Shown: one piece after another, positions 6,680 through 16,791 of the stretch
Position numbering within the stretch: the first letter of the stretch is position 1
Layout of the letters: each line of letters starts with the position of its first letter
IMG/VR virus record: IMGVR_UViG_3300027921_000114
Source: an uncultured virus (IMG/VR IMGVR_UViG_3300027921_000114)
Lineage: Duplodnaviria; Heunggongvirae; Uroviricota; Caudoviricetes
Length of the DNA: 64,000 nt
Direction: 5' to 3' (one strand)
Translations under genes and position numbers: made by a program
Notes under the pieces: generated by a model
The model's input: only the letters and a program-made list of their open reading frames with translations
Database searches by the model: none
Told to the model about the DNA's origin: nothing

Positions 6680-8839
6680 TCATGGATAGTCCTCCTCCTG
6701 GTAGATCCAGATTTCGGGGTTTTCGACAGGGAGTGGCGCCCCGGTCTGGGGGCACTTGTAGTGGGTGGGCAAGACCCGGATCGACTCGGTTAGCGTTTCG
6801 CCCGTGGCCTCATCCGGTGGCCCGATGGCGTGGTTGAGCACCATGCCCTCGACGCAGAGATAGCCGTTCCGGCTGCGACCGACCGAGGGCAGGCCATAGG
6901 GCTGGTGGTCGCGGAAGTATTTGATGTAGCCCTTGCTCGCCAGTACGGCCAAGCGCTCGTTGATGGTGCGGGAAGCGCCCAGCCCTGCCTGGCTCTCGAA
7001 GGTCTCGGCGAACTGGTTGGCCGTGTAGCAGCGCCCCTGTCCGGCCTCGTCGAACAGGAGTTGCAGGATCACGTCATGCTTGCGCCGCCGTTCCGCATCC
7101 AGACGCTCGCCGTAGTCCTTCATCACCAGGCGGTCGCTGTCGTCGACCTCTCGCCAGACGCCATGGATCTTGTCGACGTGCTTGAGCGGGATGCCCGCGC
7201 CGTTGCGCAGCTCGAAGATAAGTTGTCGGGTCGTCCGGGACTCATCGGGGCGGTACAGGATCATCCCGCTGCTGTAATAGCCACGCAGGCTGCCTGCGCC
7301 CGCAAGCGCCTGGAACGGATCTTCCTCGAACTGCTTCTTGGCGAGCTTCCGGGTGTGGTGGACCAGGATCACACCGGCATCCGGGTTCACCGCCTGGCGT
7401 AGGCGTTCCACCCGCTGCGACAGGAAGTACAGCATGGCACCGTTGTCGTTCTCGCCACCGGCGTCGCCGCCGTCGAACACGTTGCGTATGGGATCGATGG
7501 CGATGATGTCAGGCGGCTCGCCGCCGAAGGCACGCTGGATGGCCGGGATCACCTGCGCCAGGCCTGCGTCGTCGAGGATCAACCGCAGCTGCGGTGTGGC
7601 GACGAAATTCACCCGTGCATCCAGTACCCGATGCGATGGCAGCCGGATGCCTTTCACCCGCTCGCGCAGGTAGTAGTACTGCACCTCGGCCTGCAGATAG
7701 AAGACACGCAGGGCGCGCGCTGGATGCATGCCGAGGAAATCTGCGCCCGCTGCCATGTGGGTGAGCCAGGCGAGCAGGAAATCGCTCTTGCCGACCTTGG
7801 GCGCGCCGCCGAACACCAGCAGGCTGGCCGGAGGCAGCACACGAGGCGCAATGAGGTCCAATGGCATCGGCGAATCGTCGTCGAGCATCGCCCCCAGGCT
7901 GAAGGTGGGCAGCAACACCGGCGCGGCCTTGATCACCTGCCGTTCGCCAGCGCGCAGAAATTCTGCGACATCGAAGCCCGCTTCGAAGGCATCGGCCGCA
8001 TCCCAGCCGATGGGTTGGTCGGCCGGCGGCACCAGGATGGCGACAGAGGCTGCGCTCGCCGCCACGCAGGCCCGTGCGGCGGCTTCGGCGTAATCCCAAC
8101 CTGGTGGGTCGCGGTCCGGCCAGATCACCACGTCCTTGCCGGCCAAGGGCGACCAGTCGGTCTTGTCGATGGGAGCGCGCGCCCCATTCATCGCGGTGGT
8201 CGCAGTGATGCCCTGGCGAATCAGCGCCTCAGCGCACTTCTCACCTTCGACCAGGATGACGGTGCCGGACTGGACGACGTCGGGCAGGTTATAGAGCGGT
8301 CGGGGGTCTGGGGCGCGGCACATCCGGGCGCGCACGTCCCAGGGGCGGAACTCCTTGCGGCCCGGCTCCGGATCGTAACGATAGACGCAGGCGATCAGTT
8401 CTCCGGTGGGGCTCAGGTAGTCCCACTTGGCGGTATGGGGGCCGAGTTCGTCCCTGGGTGCCTCGGTGCGTGCAGGCGTCGGCTGGGCCAGGGACTGACC
8501 TACCAACCTGGCAGCGGCCTCCATCACCGCGCTGAAGTCGCGTCGGCTGTCCAGTCCCTGGCTGGCGGCGATGAGATCGAACACATCGCCGCCCTGGCCC
8601 GTGGCGTGGTCGAGCCACAACCCCGCCTTATCGCCGTCGAGCGCCACTTCCAGGCTATCGCCCGGATCGCCGTGGATGTTGCCCACCACGAATTTGTGGC
8701 CGCGCATCTTTCCCGCTGGAAACAGCGCCAGCAATACCGACGGCAGCCGGGCGAGCAGTTCGGCACGCAGGATTTCGCGTTGTGCTGTCAGGTCGACCCG
8801 GATGCCGGTGATGGGCGGCACCTCGTTGAAATCAAGCAC
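6680..8839 (-). CDS. TOPRIM primase fused to RepA/AAA_25-type helicase
   Basis: VEGEK..D.D TOPRIM motifs; GAPKVGKS Walker A; IAIDP; LVHHTRK. Confidence 0.85.
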   Translation of the reverse strand: MLDFNEVPPITGIRVDLTAQREILRAELLARLPSVLLALFPAGKMRGHKFVVGNIHGDPGDSLEVALDGDKAGLWLDHATGQGGDVFDLIAASQGLDSRRDFSAVMEAAARLVGQSLAQPTPARTEAPRDELGPHTAKWDYLSPTGELIACVYRYDPEPGRKEFRPWDVRARMCRAPDPRPLYNLPDVVQSGTVILVEGEKCAEALIRQGITATTAMNGARAPIDKTDWSPLAGKDVVIWPDRDPPGWDYAEAAARACVAASAASVAILVPPADQPIGWDAADAFEAGFDVAEFLRAGERQVIKAAPVLLPTFSLGAMLDDDSPMPLDLIAPRVLPPASLLVFGGAPKVGKSDFLLAWLTHMAAGADFLGMHPARALRVFYLQAEVQYYYLRERVKGIRLPSHRVLDARVNFVATPQLRLILDDAGLAQVIPAIQRAFGGEPPDIIAIDPIRNVFDGGDAGGENDNGAMLYFLSQRVERLRQAVNPDAGVILVHHTRKLAKKQFEEDPFQALAGAGSLRGYYSSGMILYRPDESRTTRQLIFELRNGAGIPLKHVDKIHGVWREVDDSDRLVMKDYGERLDAERRRKHDVILQLLFDEAGQGRCYTANQFAETFESQAGLGASRTINERLAVLASKGYIKYFRDHQPYGLPSVGRSRNGYLCVEGMVLNHAIGPPDEATGETLTESIRVLPTHYKCPQTGAPLPVENPEIWIYQEEDYP

Positions 8840-9245
8840 ACGCAGCCTCCCGCAGCGTCTGGGCACGAGGCTGGCTGCGACGGGAATTGGCCGACTTTAT
8901 GGGCTTCCAGAGAACATTCTCGTTCACCAGATAACCGGACTTGGCCGCCACCTCCCGCACGAAATCGAGATCGATGCCGATCAGGTCGCACCAGAAGGCG
9001 AGGCCCGAACTGCTTACCAGGAAGCGGCGGGCATGGTGGCGCTGGTTGTCGTCGCGGCCGATGGCATCTCCAATGGCCTGGGCGATCATCGCCACCCACA
9101 GTTTCGTTTCCGGGCAGACCGTGGCCACATGGCGCAGCAGGACTCGCTGAACCGCCTGGATGCCGATGCGTGGCCGAGTCGGCGACCACACCTCCATGCC
9201 GCCCTGTGCGTTGAAACGGATCTTTGAATTGGCTTTGGAATTCAT
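8832..9245 (-). CDS. hypothetical protein (137 aa)
   Basis: Overlap-coupled to both neighbouring genes. Confidence 0.6.
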   Translation of the reverse strand: MNSKANSKIRFNAQGGMEVWSPTRPRIGIQAVQRVLLRHVATVCPETKLWVAMIAQAIGDAIGRDDNQRHHARRFLVSSSGLAFWCDLIGIDLDFVREVAAKSGYLVNENVLWKPIKSANSRRSQPRAQTLREAACA

Positions 9246-9979
9246 CGGGTTCTCCAACAACGGTCGGCCCAGGCGCACATGCGGCATTCGACGTGCGCGG
9301 GTTCGGTGGTCATGCGGGGGAGTTGCTCGCCGGCGGCGGTGGCGGTGATCACCTTCACCGCCCGGTCGGACATGCGCTGCGCCAGGGCGGCATCGAAGGG
9401 CACGCTCTCGGCGTAGATCTCCATCGTGTCGGCGTTTACCGCAGTGAATAGGGCCGGGTGCTCGTAGAGTTCGAGATAGGCCTGGTAGATCGCCACCTGG
9501 GCGGCGTACACAGGTTTGGACACCGCCAAATGCCGTTTCTCCAGGTCGCGCCAGGACTTCGCGCCCAGGCACTTGTTCTCCCAAAGCGCCGGATAGGCGA
9601 AACCCTCAGGGCCCGCGACGAGGACGCCGTCGATGTGCCCCTGCAGCCGGCCATCGAGCAGGCTGAAGCCGAACTGCTGGCCGTCCCGGCCATGGGTGCG
9701 CAGGTCGAACCCGGCGAGGCGCAGCCAGGTCACCATCTGCTCTTCGTTGTCGTGGCCACGCTCGAAGATGCGCAGGATGCGCCCGGGGAACGCCTTGCCC
9801 GGATCCACCGGCGCGGCGGCGTACTCGAACTGCAGGGCGCGCTCGCAGGCCACTCCCAGGCGCGAGGCCCCGAGGTAGGCGCGGCGCTCCTGCTGTCGGT
9901 GGCGCTGTTCCAGGCCGGCGTCGACCAGGGCGGTGACCTGGCCGGAGAGGGAGGAAGTGGAATTGAAATCCAGCATCAC
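9242..9979 (-). CDS. Cas4-like PD-(D/E)xK exonuclease
   Basis: GHIDG..WENK, QVAIYQ, 1+3 cysteine pattern. Confidence 0.85.
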   Translation of the reverse strand: MMLDFNSTSSLSGQVTALVDAGLEQRHRQQERRAYLGASRLGVACERALQFEYAAAPVDPGKAFPGRILRIFERGHDNEEQMVTWLRLAGFDLRTHGRDGQQFGFSLLDGRLQGHIDGVLVAGPEGFAYPALWENKCLGAKSWRDLEKRHLAVSKPVYAAQVAIYQAYLELYEHPALFTAVNADTMEIYAESVPFDAALAQRMSDRAVKVITATAAGEQLPRMTTEPAHVECRMCAWADRCWRTR

Positions 9980-10383
9980 GTCGTCCTCCCCACAGGCCGA
10001 ACGGGTGCAGACTGCGCCTGCTCGTGGCCAGTCACCATGGCCTCGGTCCAGGCCGTAACGATGGCGTTGACCACCGCCAGGGCTTCGGCCTCGCTGTAGT
10101 GGCCCAGGGGCTTGTCGAAACCGATCTCGGCGGCTGTCTCGCCGAAGGGGCGCAGGCAGGCCCGCATGGCGGCGAGTTCCATCTCGGTCGGATCAATCAT
10201 GAACATCTCCTCCCGTTCGGGGCCCTTGTCTTTCCAGGATCCATGGAGGGCATGGAAGGCGGCCTGACACCGGCGCGAGCAGAAGACCCAGTCGCGCGGA
10301 ACGGATCGGAGATCGCCGGGCCTGAACCGGGTATCGAGGTGCCCGAATCCGCGGGCTTGTCGTGTGCAGATGAGGCATTTCAC
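9976..10383 (-). CDS. DUF6511-like protein with Zn-ribbon cysteines
   Basis: C..C and FCSRRCQ; GTG start overlaps helicase stop. Confidence 0.7.
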   Translation of the reverse strand: MKCLICTRQARGFGHLDTRFRPGDLRSVPRDWVFCSRRCQAAFHALHGSWKDKGPEREEMFMIDPTEMELAAMRACLRPFGETAAEIGFDKPLGHYSEAEALAVVNAIVTAWTEAMVTGHEQAQSAPVRPVGRTT

Positions 10384-12083
10384 GCCACCTCCTGCATCAA
10401 GACTGCGTCGTTGGCCGAGTGGCTGGCTTGCTCGCCGGCGCACAGTACCAGCTGCTGGATCGCCCGCTTGTTGAACTGGAAGGTCAACAAGACCGAGGCC
10501 TGGTAGCGGGTCAGACCGAAATCGGCACGCTTGTCGGGGGGCAGATAGTTGAGTTGCTTCTCCGTGGCCGGCTCGTTGATCCAGCGGCGCGTCTTGTGCG
10601 CGGAGTTCTCCGACTCGTGGTCGTTGAGCCAGTCGTCGGCCTTGGCCAGGCACACCGTGCGCTCCCCGACGGCCAGGAGGTGGGGGCGGCTTTCCTTGGC
10701 CCCGCCCACGGCATACCAGCGCCCCGCAAGGAAATAGACGCCGCCCCAGGCATTGAAGCCGGTGGCCATCATGGTGTCGTCGCAGCCGAACAGGTCGATC
10801 CAGCGGAAGTTCGAGCGCTTGAGCAGGTCGATCTCGCTCATCACGAAGTTGGCCAGTGCCTCCACGGCGCGCGCCTCACGCTCCCAGACATGGCCGCACA
10901 GGGGACACTCCATCACCGCCAACGGGACGATGGCCCCGCAGTCCGGGCAGTCCTTGGTGGGCGCATCACCCTCCGCCAGGTGGCCGTCCAGGTTCACCTC
11001 CTGCTCCAGGGAGCCGTGCATCAGGCTGGCCGTGCCGAAGTCCAGGACGATGCAGTCGGTCTTGATGACGCCGGGGCATTCCTCGGGGTCGATGGTGCGC
11101 AGTCCGCGCCCGACCATCTGGATGAAGGTGGACTTGTAGGAACTGGGGCGCAGCAGCACCACGCAACTGGTCGGGGGGTAGTCGTAGCCCTCGGTGAGCA
11201 CGGCCACATTGACCACGACCCGGGCATGGCCCCGCTCGTAGTCGGCCAGACGCGCGCGGCGTTCGGCATCGGACAACTCGCCGTGGATCAGTACGGCGGG
11301 AATGCCTGCCGCGTTGAAGGCCTGGCAGACGCTGTCGGCGTGCGCCACCGTGGAACAGAACACGATGGTCTTGCGGTCGCCGGCCTTCTCACGCCACCGG
11401 GCGATCACCGCGTCGGTGATCAACTCCTTGTTCAGGATGGCGGCCACCTCGTCCATGTCGAAGTCGGTGGCGGTACGGCGAACCTTGGAGAGCGCATCCT
11501 GGACGCCGACGTCGATGACGAAGGTGCGCGGCGGCACCAGATGGCCGGCGGCGATCATCTCGCCCAGTGTGATCTGGTCGGCGACGTTGTCGAATACCTC
11601 CCGCAGCCCTTTGCCGTCCCCCCGGTTGGGGGTGGCGGTGAGGCCGCAGATCCCGGCCTTCGGATTCCTGGTCAGCACCCGGTCGATCACCGCGCGGTAG
11701 CTGGGCGACGCGGCATGGTGGGCCTCGTCGATCACCAGCAGATCGAGCGTGGGCATTTGGTCGAGATGGAGTCCCCGCGAGAGGGTCTGCACCATGGCGA
11801 AGGTGGCGTGGCCCGCCCAGGATTTCTCGGTCGCATCGAACACCGAGGTCGTGAGGTCCGGATTGACGCGGGCGAACTTGGCCCGGTTCTGGCCGGTGAG
11901 TTCCGTGCGGTGGGCGAGGATGCAGGCCTTGGCATCGGGTTCGGCCAGCAAACCGCCGGCAACCGCCGACAGCATGATGGTCTTGCCGCTGCCCGTCGGG
12001 GCCACGGCCAGGGTGTTGCCATGCCGATCGAGTGCATCGAGCGTGCGCTCGACCAACAGGGTTTGTCGGGGACGAAGCATCAT
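10380..12083 (-). CDS. SF2 DEAD/DEAH helicase with zinc ribbon
   Basis: APTGSGKT, DEAH, TAT, QMVGRGLR, CPDC..CPLC. Confidence 0.9.
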   Translation of the reverse strand: MMLRPRQTLLVERTLDALDRHGNTLAVAPTGSGKTIMLSAVAGGLLAEPDAKACILAHRTELTGQNRAKFARVNPDLTTSVFDATEKSWAGHATFAMVQTLSRGLHLDQMPTLDLLVIDEAHHAASPSYRAVIDRVLTRNPKAGICGLTATPNRGDGKGLREVFDNVADQITLGEMIAAGHLVPPRTFVIDVGVQDALSKVRRTATDFDMDEVAAILNKELITDAVIARWREKAGDRKTIVFCSTVAHADSVCQAFNAAGIPAVLIHGELSDAERRARLADYERGHARVVVNVAVLTEGYDYPPTSCVVLLRPSSYKSTFIQMVGRGLRTIDPEECPGVIKTDCIVLDFGTASLMHGSLEQEVNLDGHLAEGDAPTKDCPDCGAIVPLAVMECPLCGHVWEREARAVEALANFVMSEIDLLKRSNFRWIDLFGCDDTMMATGFNAWGGVYFLAGRWYAVGGAKESRPHLLAVGERTVCLAKADDWLNDHESENSAHKTRRWINEPATEKQLNYLPPDKRADFGLTRYQASVLLTFQFNKRAIQQLVLCAGEQASHSANDAVLMQEVA

Positions 12084-12097
12084 GGCGGCGTCCTCCC

Positions 12098-12727
12098 TTA
12101 CTGCGCCCAGGCGGGTTTGCCGCCGGGAATTCCCGAGGGTCGGGCTGCGGGCGCTGCGGGCTGCGGATAGGAATGCATCGCCGGGGCTCCACCTTGGCCG
12201 CCACTCGACGTTCCCATCCTGGCGGCCACTCCCATCAACGCCGCATAGTCCTTGTGATCCGGCTCGATCACCGCCTTGATGGTGTTCTTGTCGTTGCCCT
12301 TGGCATCCTTTTCGATATCGATGCGGGCGGCAAACTCCATGCCGTCGAGTTCGGCAAAGCCGCCGATGCGGCGGGCGGCCACAGCTTGCGGACTGTTGTC
12401 GCCCGGATGCACGTTGCGGGCGCTGTTGAGGGCTGCGCGCACGAAGGTGCGGCCCATGGCTTGCCAGGTGGGGCCCTTGGGGGAATGCAGTCCCACGTTC
12501 CACCAGATCTTGCGCCGGGCATAGGGGCCTTCCATGACCACGCCCTCGAAGGCGAGATAGATGGAACCCGTGTCCTGGGAATAGGTGGCCCAGCCGCCGG
12601 TCCAGCCCTGTGCGGGATCATCGTAGCCGCCCGGCTTGATGGCCGTGCGGATGCGCGCCAGGGTGCCCTTCGGGATCAGGTCGAAGGAGGTTTGTTCGGC
12701 GGCGTCGTTGTAATCGAAGAAGCTCAT
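12098..12727 (-). CDS. putative phage ssDNA-binding protein (DUF669-like)
   Basis: Follows the Sak4-like ATPase; flexible Pro/Ala tail ending PAWAQ. Confidence 0.7.
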   Translation of the reverse strand: MSFFDYNDAAEQTSFDLIPKGTLARIRTAIKPGGYDDPAQGWTGGWATYSQDTGSIYLAFEGVVMEGPYARRKIWWNVGLHSPKGPTWQAMGRTFVRAALNSARNVHPGDNSPQAVAARRIGGFAELDGMEFAARIDIEKDAKGNDKNTIKAVIEPDHKDYAALMGVAARMGTSSGGQGGAPAMHSYPQPAAPAARPSGIPGGKPAWAQ

Positions 12728-12729
12728 GG

Positions 12730-13611
12730 TCAGGACTCCTGAGAAATGGATTCGGTACTGGATGCGGGGGTGGGGGCCGGGCGCGTGAAGTCGAGCCGCT
12801 GGGCGGCGGGCCGGGCGGGGCCGGCGATCTTGTCCATGAGGCGGCCGAGGTGCGGCTCCTCGATGGCATCGAGCCGCCCGGAACGATCCTTGGCTGGATA
12901 GCCCCACTCGTTGAGGGTGTGGCAGACGAAAGCGCGGTACGCGGTGCCGTCGTCAGCCTTGAGTTCGGCCAGCGTCACCACCTCGTCGACGATGCCCGGC
13001 AGTTCGAGGCCGGTCTTGGAACCGTCGATCTGCAACTGGAACACCCGGCGATTGAAATCGTCGAGCCGTTCGTCGAGGATGCCGACGAACCAGACGTTCT
13101 TGCGCCGGGTGTGCTGCAGATGGGTGAGCCAGGCAATCATTTCCTGGCCCATCAGGCCATAGGCGCCCCGGCTGTCAGGCTTGCCGGTCTTCTCGGAATA
13201 GGCCTGCGGCTGCCCCTTGCACCATTGCAGGCAGAAGCGCCCTGCCACGGTGATGGAGTCGACGAAGACGGTGTCGTATTTGTCCAGCACGGCAGGATCA
13301 CCGAAGCGCTGGCAGACTGCGTCGAAATGGGCCTGGCTGAACGGCTGGTCATCGCGCAGCGCCGGGTTGGGACCGCCGATGAAGACCGCGAAGTCACGGC
13401 ATTCCTGCCAGGTGCGGGGACGGATGGTGTCGCTCGCATTTCCCTCTACGGCCAGGTCGCCCGCCTCGAGGTCAAGAAACAGGGTAACCACAGGATTGAG
13501 CGTCCACAGTTGCGAGGTCTTGCCGATGCCGGACTTGCCAACGAGCACGCCCTTGACGCCGCGACGCTCGGCCAGCCGCTGCTCGGCGGAGATGATGGGA
13601 AGTGCCATCAC
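12730..13611 (-). CDS. AAA_24 / Sak4-like ATPase recombinase
   Basis: GKSGIGKT, VFVDSIT, AKDRSG. Confidence 0.85.
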   Translation of the reverse strand: MMALPIISAEQRLAERRGVKGVLVGKSGIGKTSQLWTLNPVVTLFLDLEAGDLAVEGNASDTIRPRTWQECRDFAVFIGGPNPALRDDQPFSQAHFDAVCQRFGDPAVLDKYDTVFVDSITVAGRFCLQWCKGQPQAYSEKTGKPDSRGAYGLMGQEMIAWLTHLQHTRRKNVWFVGILDERLDDFNRRVFQLQIDGSKTGLELPGIVDEVVTLAELKADDGTAYRAFVCHTLNEWGYPAKDRSGRLDAIEEPHLGRLMDKIAGPARPAAQRLDFTRPAPTPASSTESISQES

Positions 13612-14138
13612 ATGTCCTCCCCGCCACGACGCAGGGTGAACTTCGGCGCCTTGGGCTTCATCGTGCGCGCGGCCTCGAAGGGCTGGCGCAAGGTGTCCGG
13701 CCAGGATTTGAACTTCGCCTCGCTGACACTGTATTTCGTGACGATGTATTGGGCGGGGTCTTCACCGCTGGCGGCGATCCGGCTCCAGATGGCCTGGAGT
13801 TGCCGCTGATCCCACTGCGTGTCCTTGCCGATCTCGATGGCGATGTCGTATTCGCCCTCGGTGATGTGCGTGGTGCCGGTATCCCTGCCCAAGGCGTGCA
13901 ACTGCGTCCGGGCCTGCTCGGCATAGCGCAGATCCATGCCGCCCTGGATCATGGTGGCGAGGGCGGCGAGCCCGGATTTCAGATTCGCCTCGAAGCGCTG
14001 CAGGTCGGCCACGTGTGCCAGAGGCAGGTCACGGATGGCCTGGGCCGACAAGCTGAGGAAGGGAACCGGCAGATCGATGCCGCTGGCGGCAAACGCAGCT
14101 TCCATGGGCATGCTCAGATTGGGGGAGGAAGTGTTCAT
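13608..14138 (-). CDS. hypothetical phage protein
   Basis: Coupled within the early operon. Confidence 0.75.
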   Translation of the reverse strand: MNTSSPNLSMPMEAAFAASGIDLPVPFLSLSAQAIRDLPLAHVADLQRFEANLKSGLAALATMIQGGMDLRYAEQARTQLHALGRDTGTTHITEGEYDIAIEIGKDTQWDQRQLQAIWSRIAASGEDPAQYIVTKYSVSEAKFKSWPDTLRQPFEAARTMKPKAPKFTLRRGGEDM

Positions 14139-14347
14139 GCCATTTCCTCCACCGTGGCGCGCTTCGAGGTGCTGGTTTTGAGGCACTGGACCTCATAGGC
14201 CTCGATGTCCTCCTGCCGATACAGCACCCGGCCATGGATCTTGAGGTGGACGGGGCCGATGCCCTCGGAACGCCAGCGTTCCAGGGATGCTTCGCTGATG
14301 CCCCAGCGTTCGGCCAGTTGGTGTTGATTGAGATGTTTGATGCTCAC
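14135..14347 (-). CDS. AlpA/Xis-like HTH protein
   Basis: LNQHQLAERWGISEASLERWR..GP..RVLY. Confidence 0.85.
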   Translation of the reverse strand: MSIKHLNQHQLAERWGISEASLERWRSEGIGPVHLKIHGRVLYRQEDIEAYEVQCLKTSTSKRATVEEMA

Positions 14348-14401
14348 GTTTTTCTCCTTTCAGGTGGTTGCGAAAACGTGATGCAAGCTTCGGATTCGCC
14401 C

Positions 14402-14445
14402 TGTACGGGCGTCTTCGGCCGCCATGTACGGGCTGATGTACGGGC
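14402..14445. promoter_or_regulatory. three direct repeats TGTACGGGC upstream of the early operon
   Basis: Copies at 14402, 14425 and 14437. Confidence 0.6.
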
Positions 14446-14475
14446 TCAGCCAGAGCGGGGAATTTCGGGCGTCAG

Positions 14476-14502
14476 AAAACAGAAAACCGCCCGAAGGCGG
14501 TT
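14476..14502 (-). terminator. intrinsic terminator
   Basis: AACCGCC-TTCG-GGCGGTT-TTCTGTTTT on - strand. Confidence 0.75.
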
Positions 14503-14530
14503 CTGAGGAATGACGGGGGGCGACGCTGGA

Positions 14531-15538
14531 TCAGTCGAGGCAGAAGCCGTACTTACCCTTTTGCGGATTGCAGATGTATTCCTTCCACTCGTCATTTCCA
14601 CTGAAGATGTTCTGCATTCGCAGACTCTTGCCGACCTGCTTGTCGGGATAAGCTGCCGCGAGGATCTCGCCGGCATCCAGCAACCAGCGGTCGAGTCTGG
14701 CCTGCTCGTACATGTACCTGACGGCGGCAGCTTGGCGGACCCCCTTGATGGGCCAGGGTTTCTTCTTGGTGCGGATGGTCAGTACGTTGCCAGCCTCATC
14801 AAAATGGACTGGCGATACTGGCGGCAATACTCCGTCAGCGGGCAAGCTCAAAATGCGATGCAGAAGGGTCATGTCGATGCAGGGCTGTGGAACGTAGTCC
14901 ACCAACACCTGTTGCATGGTCGCGAACCGGTAACTGCGGGGAGGCCGGATGAAGGCCGGTAGCGGCACCCCGGACGTGAGGATCAATCCCTGCTCGGGCA
15001 CTGCCGTAGACTGAAAGTGGCGAAACACCTGTTCGACTGTTTCGGCCAGTGCACGGGTGAACCAGATATCGACCATCGCCGGGCCGATGCGGGCCTTGCC
15101 CAGATGCCAGAGCACCCCCTGGATTGCGGGGTGTTCGATACCATTCCTCAACACCTGCGGTATTTCCAGCAGGTCGGCGATCACATTGAGCAACTTGGTC
15201 GGCGACACAGCGTAGATCGCCACCCTCTCGGCCGGAATGTACTTTCGCCGGAAAGTCTCGGGGCAACGGTAGTGGCAGCGACTCGGATCGTCGTCCTCGG
15301 TGAGTTCCACTTGCACGCGGTCCCCGTCGCAAGGAGCCGGATAGTGGCCGGCGTAGCCGATGCTCTCCGTCCACTCGCCGATGTCGGGTGCGGTCAAGGA
15401 CGTTCTGCCGATGACGTCCCAACCGGGAACACCTTGCTGGTGCTGGCCTTCCAGATCGGAGATCGGCTGGTTCGATCGCTCGAACAGATCGATCAGATCA
15501 AGCAGCGATCGGGTCGGCAACCGCTTCGACGACATCAC
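14531..15538 (-). CDS. hypothetical protein, possible C-terminal winged HTH
   Basis: 335 aa ORF overlapping the upstream gene; fold assignment is inference. Confidence 0.75.
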   Translation of the reverse strand: MMSSKRLPTRSLLDLIDLFERSNQPISDLEGQHQQGVPGWDVIGRTSLTAPDIGEWTESIGYAGHYPAPCDGDRVQVELTEDDDPSRCHYRCPETFRRKYIPAERVAIYAVSPTKLLNVIADLLEIPQVLRNGIEHPAIQGVLWHLGKARIGPAMVDIWFTRALAETVEQVFRHFQSTAVPEQGLILTSGVPLPAFIRPPRSYRFATMQQVLVDYVPQPCIDMTLLHRILSLPADGVLPPVSPVHFDEAGNVLTIRTKKKPWPIKGVRQAAAVRYMYEQARLDRWLLDAGEILAAAYPDKQVGKSLRMQNIFSGNDEWKEYICNPQKGKYGFCLD

Positions 15539-16727
15539 CGATCTCCTTCACCAGGTGCCACTTGGCAAGAAGCCGGTCGCAGAGTGCCCGATCCTTTTCC
15601 CGCTTGGTCTTGATGTTGCACAGGTTGTCCTCGCGCAGGACGATGGGGATCGTTCGCGCCCGTTCCTTGCCGACCTTCCTGGTGCGGACGGAAATCTTGG
15701 CGTGGTTCAGGTGATGATGACGAAAATCAAACGTGGAACTGATCAGCGACCTGGAGGCGGTATAGATGTCATCGTTATCCCTCGCCCCGATCTTCACGAG
15801 CAGGGATCGATGGTCCGAAATCGTGTAGCCGAGTTCGATTACCTTCGCCGAGGCCACGTTCTCCCCGGAGACGTCGAAATGGCGAGGGGCAGCAAGGCTC
15901 TGGTAGTCGTACTGCTTCAATGGAATCTTGGTTCCGGTAATGGGCGACTTCAGCAAACAGTCGGCGACGATGCGCGCCAGTGCCTCACGACCGTCAGTAT
16001 CCTTGGACAGGACCTCCAGATGTCCGTTGGCCGGCTCATAGGTGATGTGGGATGAGACGGCCCGTATCACCTCCTGCGAAACCAGTTCACTGGCCTGGAC
16101 GCAGTCGATGATTTCCGGCGGTCGATTGTGATGGACGCTGATCTGATAGAGATCGACGTCCTCTCCAGTATGGGTATCCGGGCGCAACCGCTTGAATATC
16201 TGGACCGCCACGGCGTCTTCCGCACAACCTATCTGCGCGGCAATGGCCTGGTGGAAAGAGAGCCGTGATGGTTCATCATCCATCACGGTCAGGTTCTTGG
16301 GCGCGATGAATCCGGAGTAGCAGGACACGTTTTGCCGGAACACATCGGCTTGTCTGGCGTTCAGTGCTTCCTCGAAGAGTCCGGCCTCGTTAAGGTAAAA
16401 CCACAAGGCACGTTCGTATTGATTGTTGATCGCCTGGAATTCCTTCAGGCTTTCCTCATCGAATATGCCATCACGAAAGCCGTCGATCACATCCTGGCCG
16501 GGGCCATCGGACAGCAGAGCAATACGCTCGGCCACTTCTTCCAGTTGTTGCCGTTCGCTTACCCCGAGCAAGGAGAGAGCTGCAGCCATCCCCTCTCGTT
16601 GCTCGCGCTTGCCCTGCTTCTTGTCCAGTTCAGGCAAAGCCACCTTGAACTTGTCGACCATGAAATTGCGGAAGACGGCCGGCGACATGTGTCCGAGCAG
16701 TTTGGATAGGTTTTCAGCGTCGTTCAT
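15498..16727 (-). CDS. hypothetical protein (409 aa)
   Basis: Long ORF; GGAG before MNDAENL. Confidence 0.75.
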   Translation of the reverse strand: MNDAENLSKLLGHMSPAVFRNFMVDKFKVALPELDKKQGKREQREGMAAALSLLGVSERQQLEEVAERIALLSDGPGQDVIDGFRDGIFDEESLKEFQAINNQYERALWFYLNEAGLFEEALNARQADVFRQNVSCYSGFIAPKNLTVMDDEPSRLSFHQAIAAQIGCAEDAVAVQIFKRLRPDTHTGEDVDLYQISVHHNRPPEIIDCVQASELVSQEVIRAVSSHITYEPANGHLEVLSKDTDGREALARIVADCLLKSPITGTKIPLKQYDYQSLAAPRHFDVSGENVASAKVIELGYTISDHRSLLVKIGARDNDDIYTASRSLISSTFDFRHHHLNHAKISVRTRKVGKERARTIPIVLREDNLCNIKTKREKDRALCDRLLAKWHLVKEIGDVVEAVADPIAA

Positions 16728-16791
16728 GACTTCGAGTGCTCCGTGTTGCAAGACAACTTCCTCCCGGCCAGGCCCCCTTAGGCCCTCACCG

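Noticed and set aside
9242..9979. Cas4-like gene as part of CRISPR-Cas
   Set aside because: It sits in a phage recombination operon with no other cas genes
7631..12170. Long + strand ORFs (527 aa, 583 aa) and similar antisense ORFs elsewhere
   Set aside because: They are shadows of well-supported - strand genes in GC-rich DNA and carry no motifs
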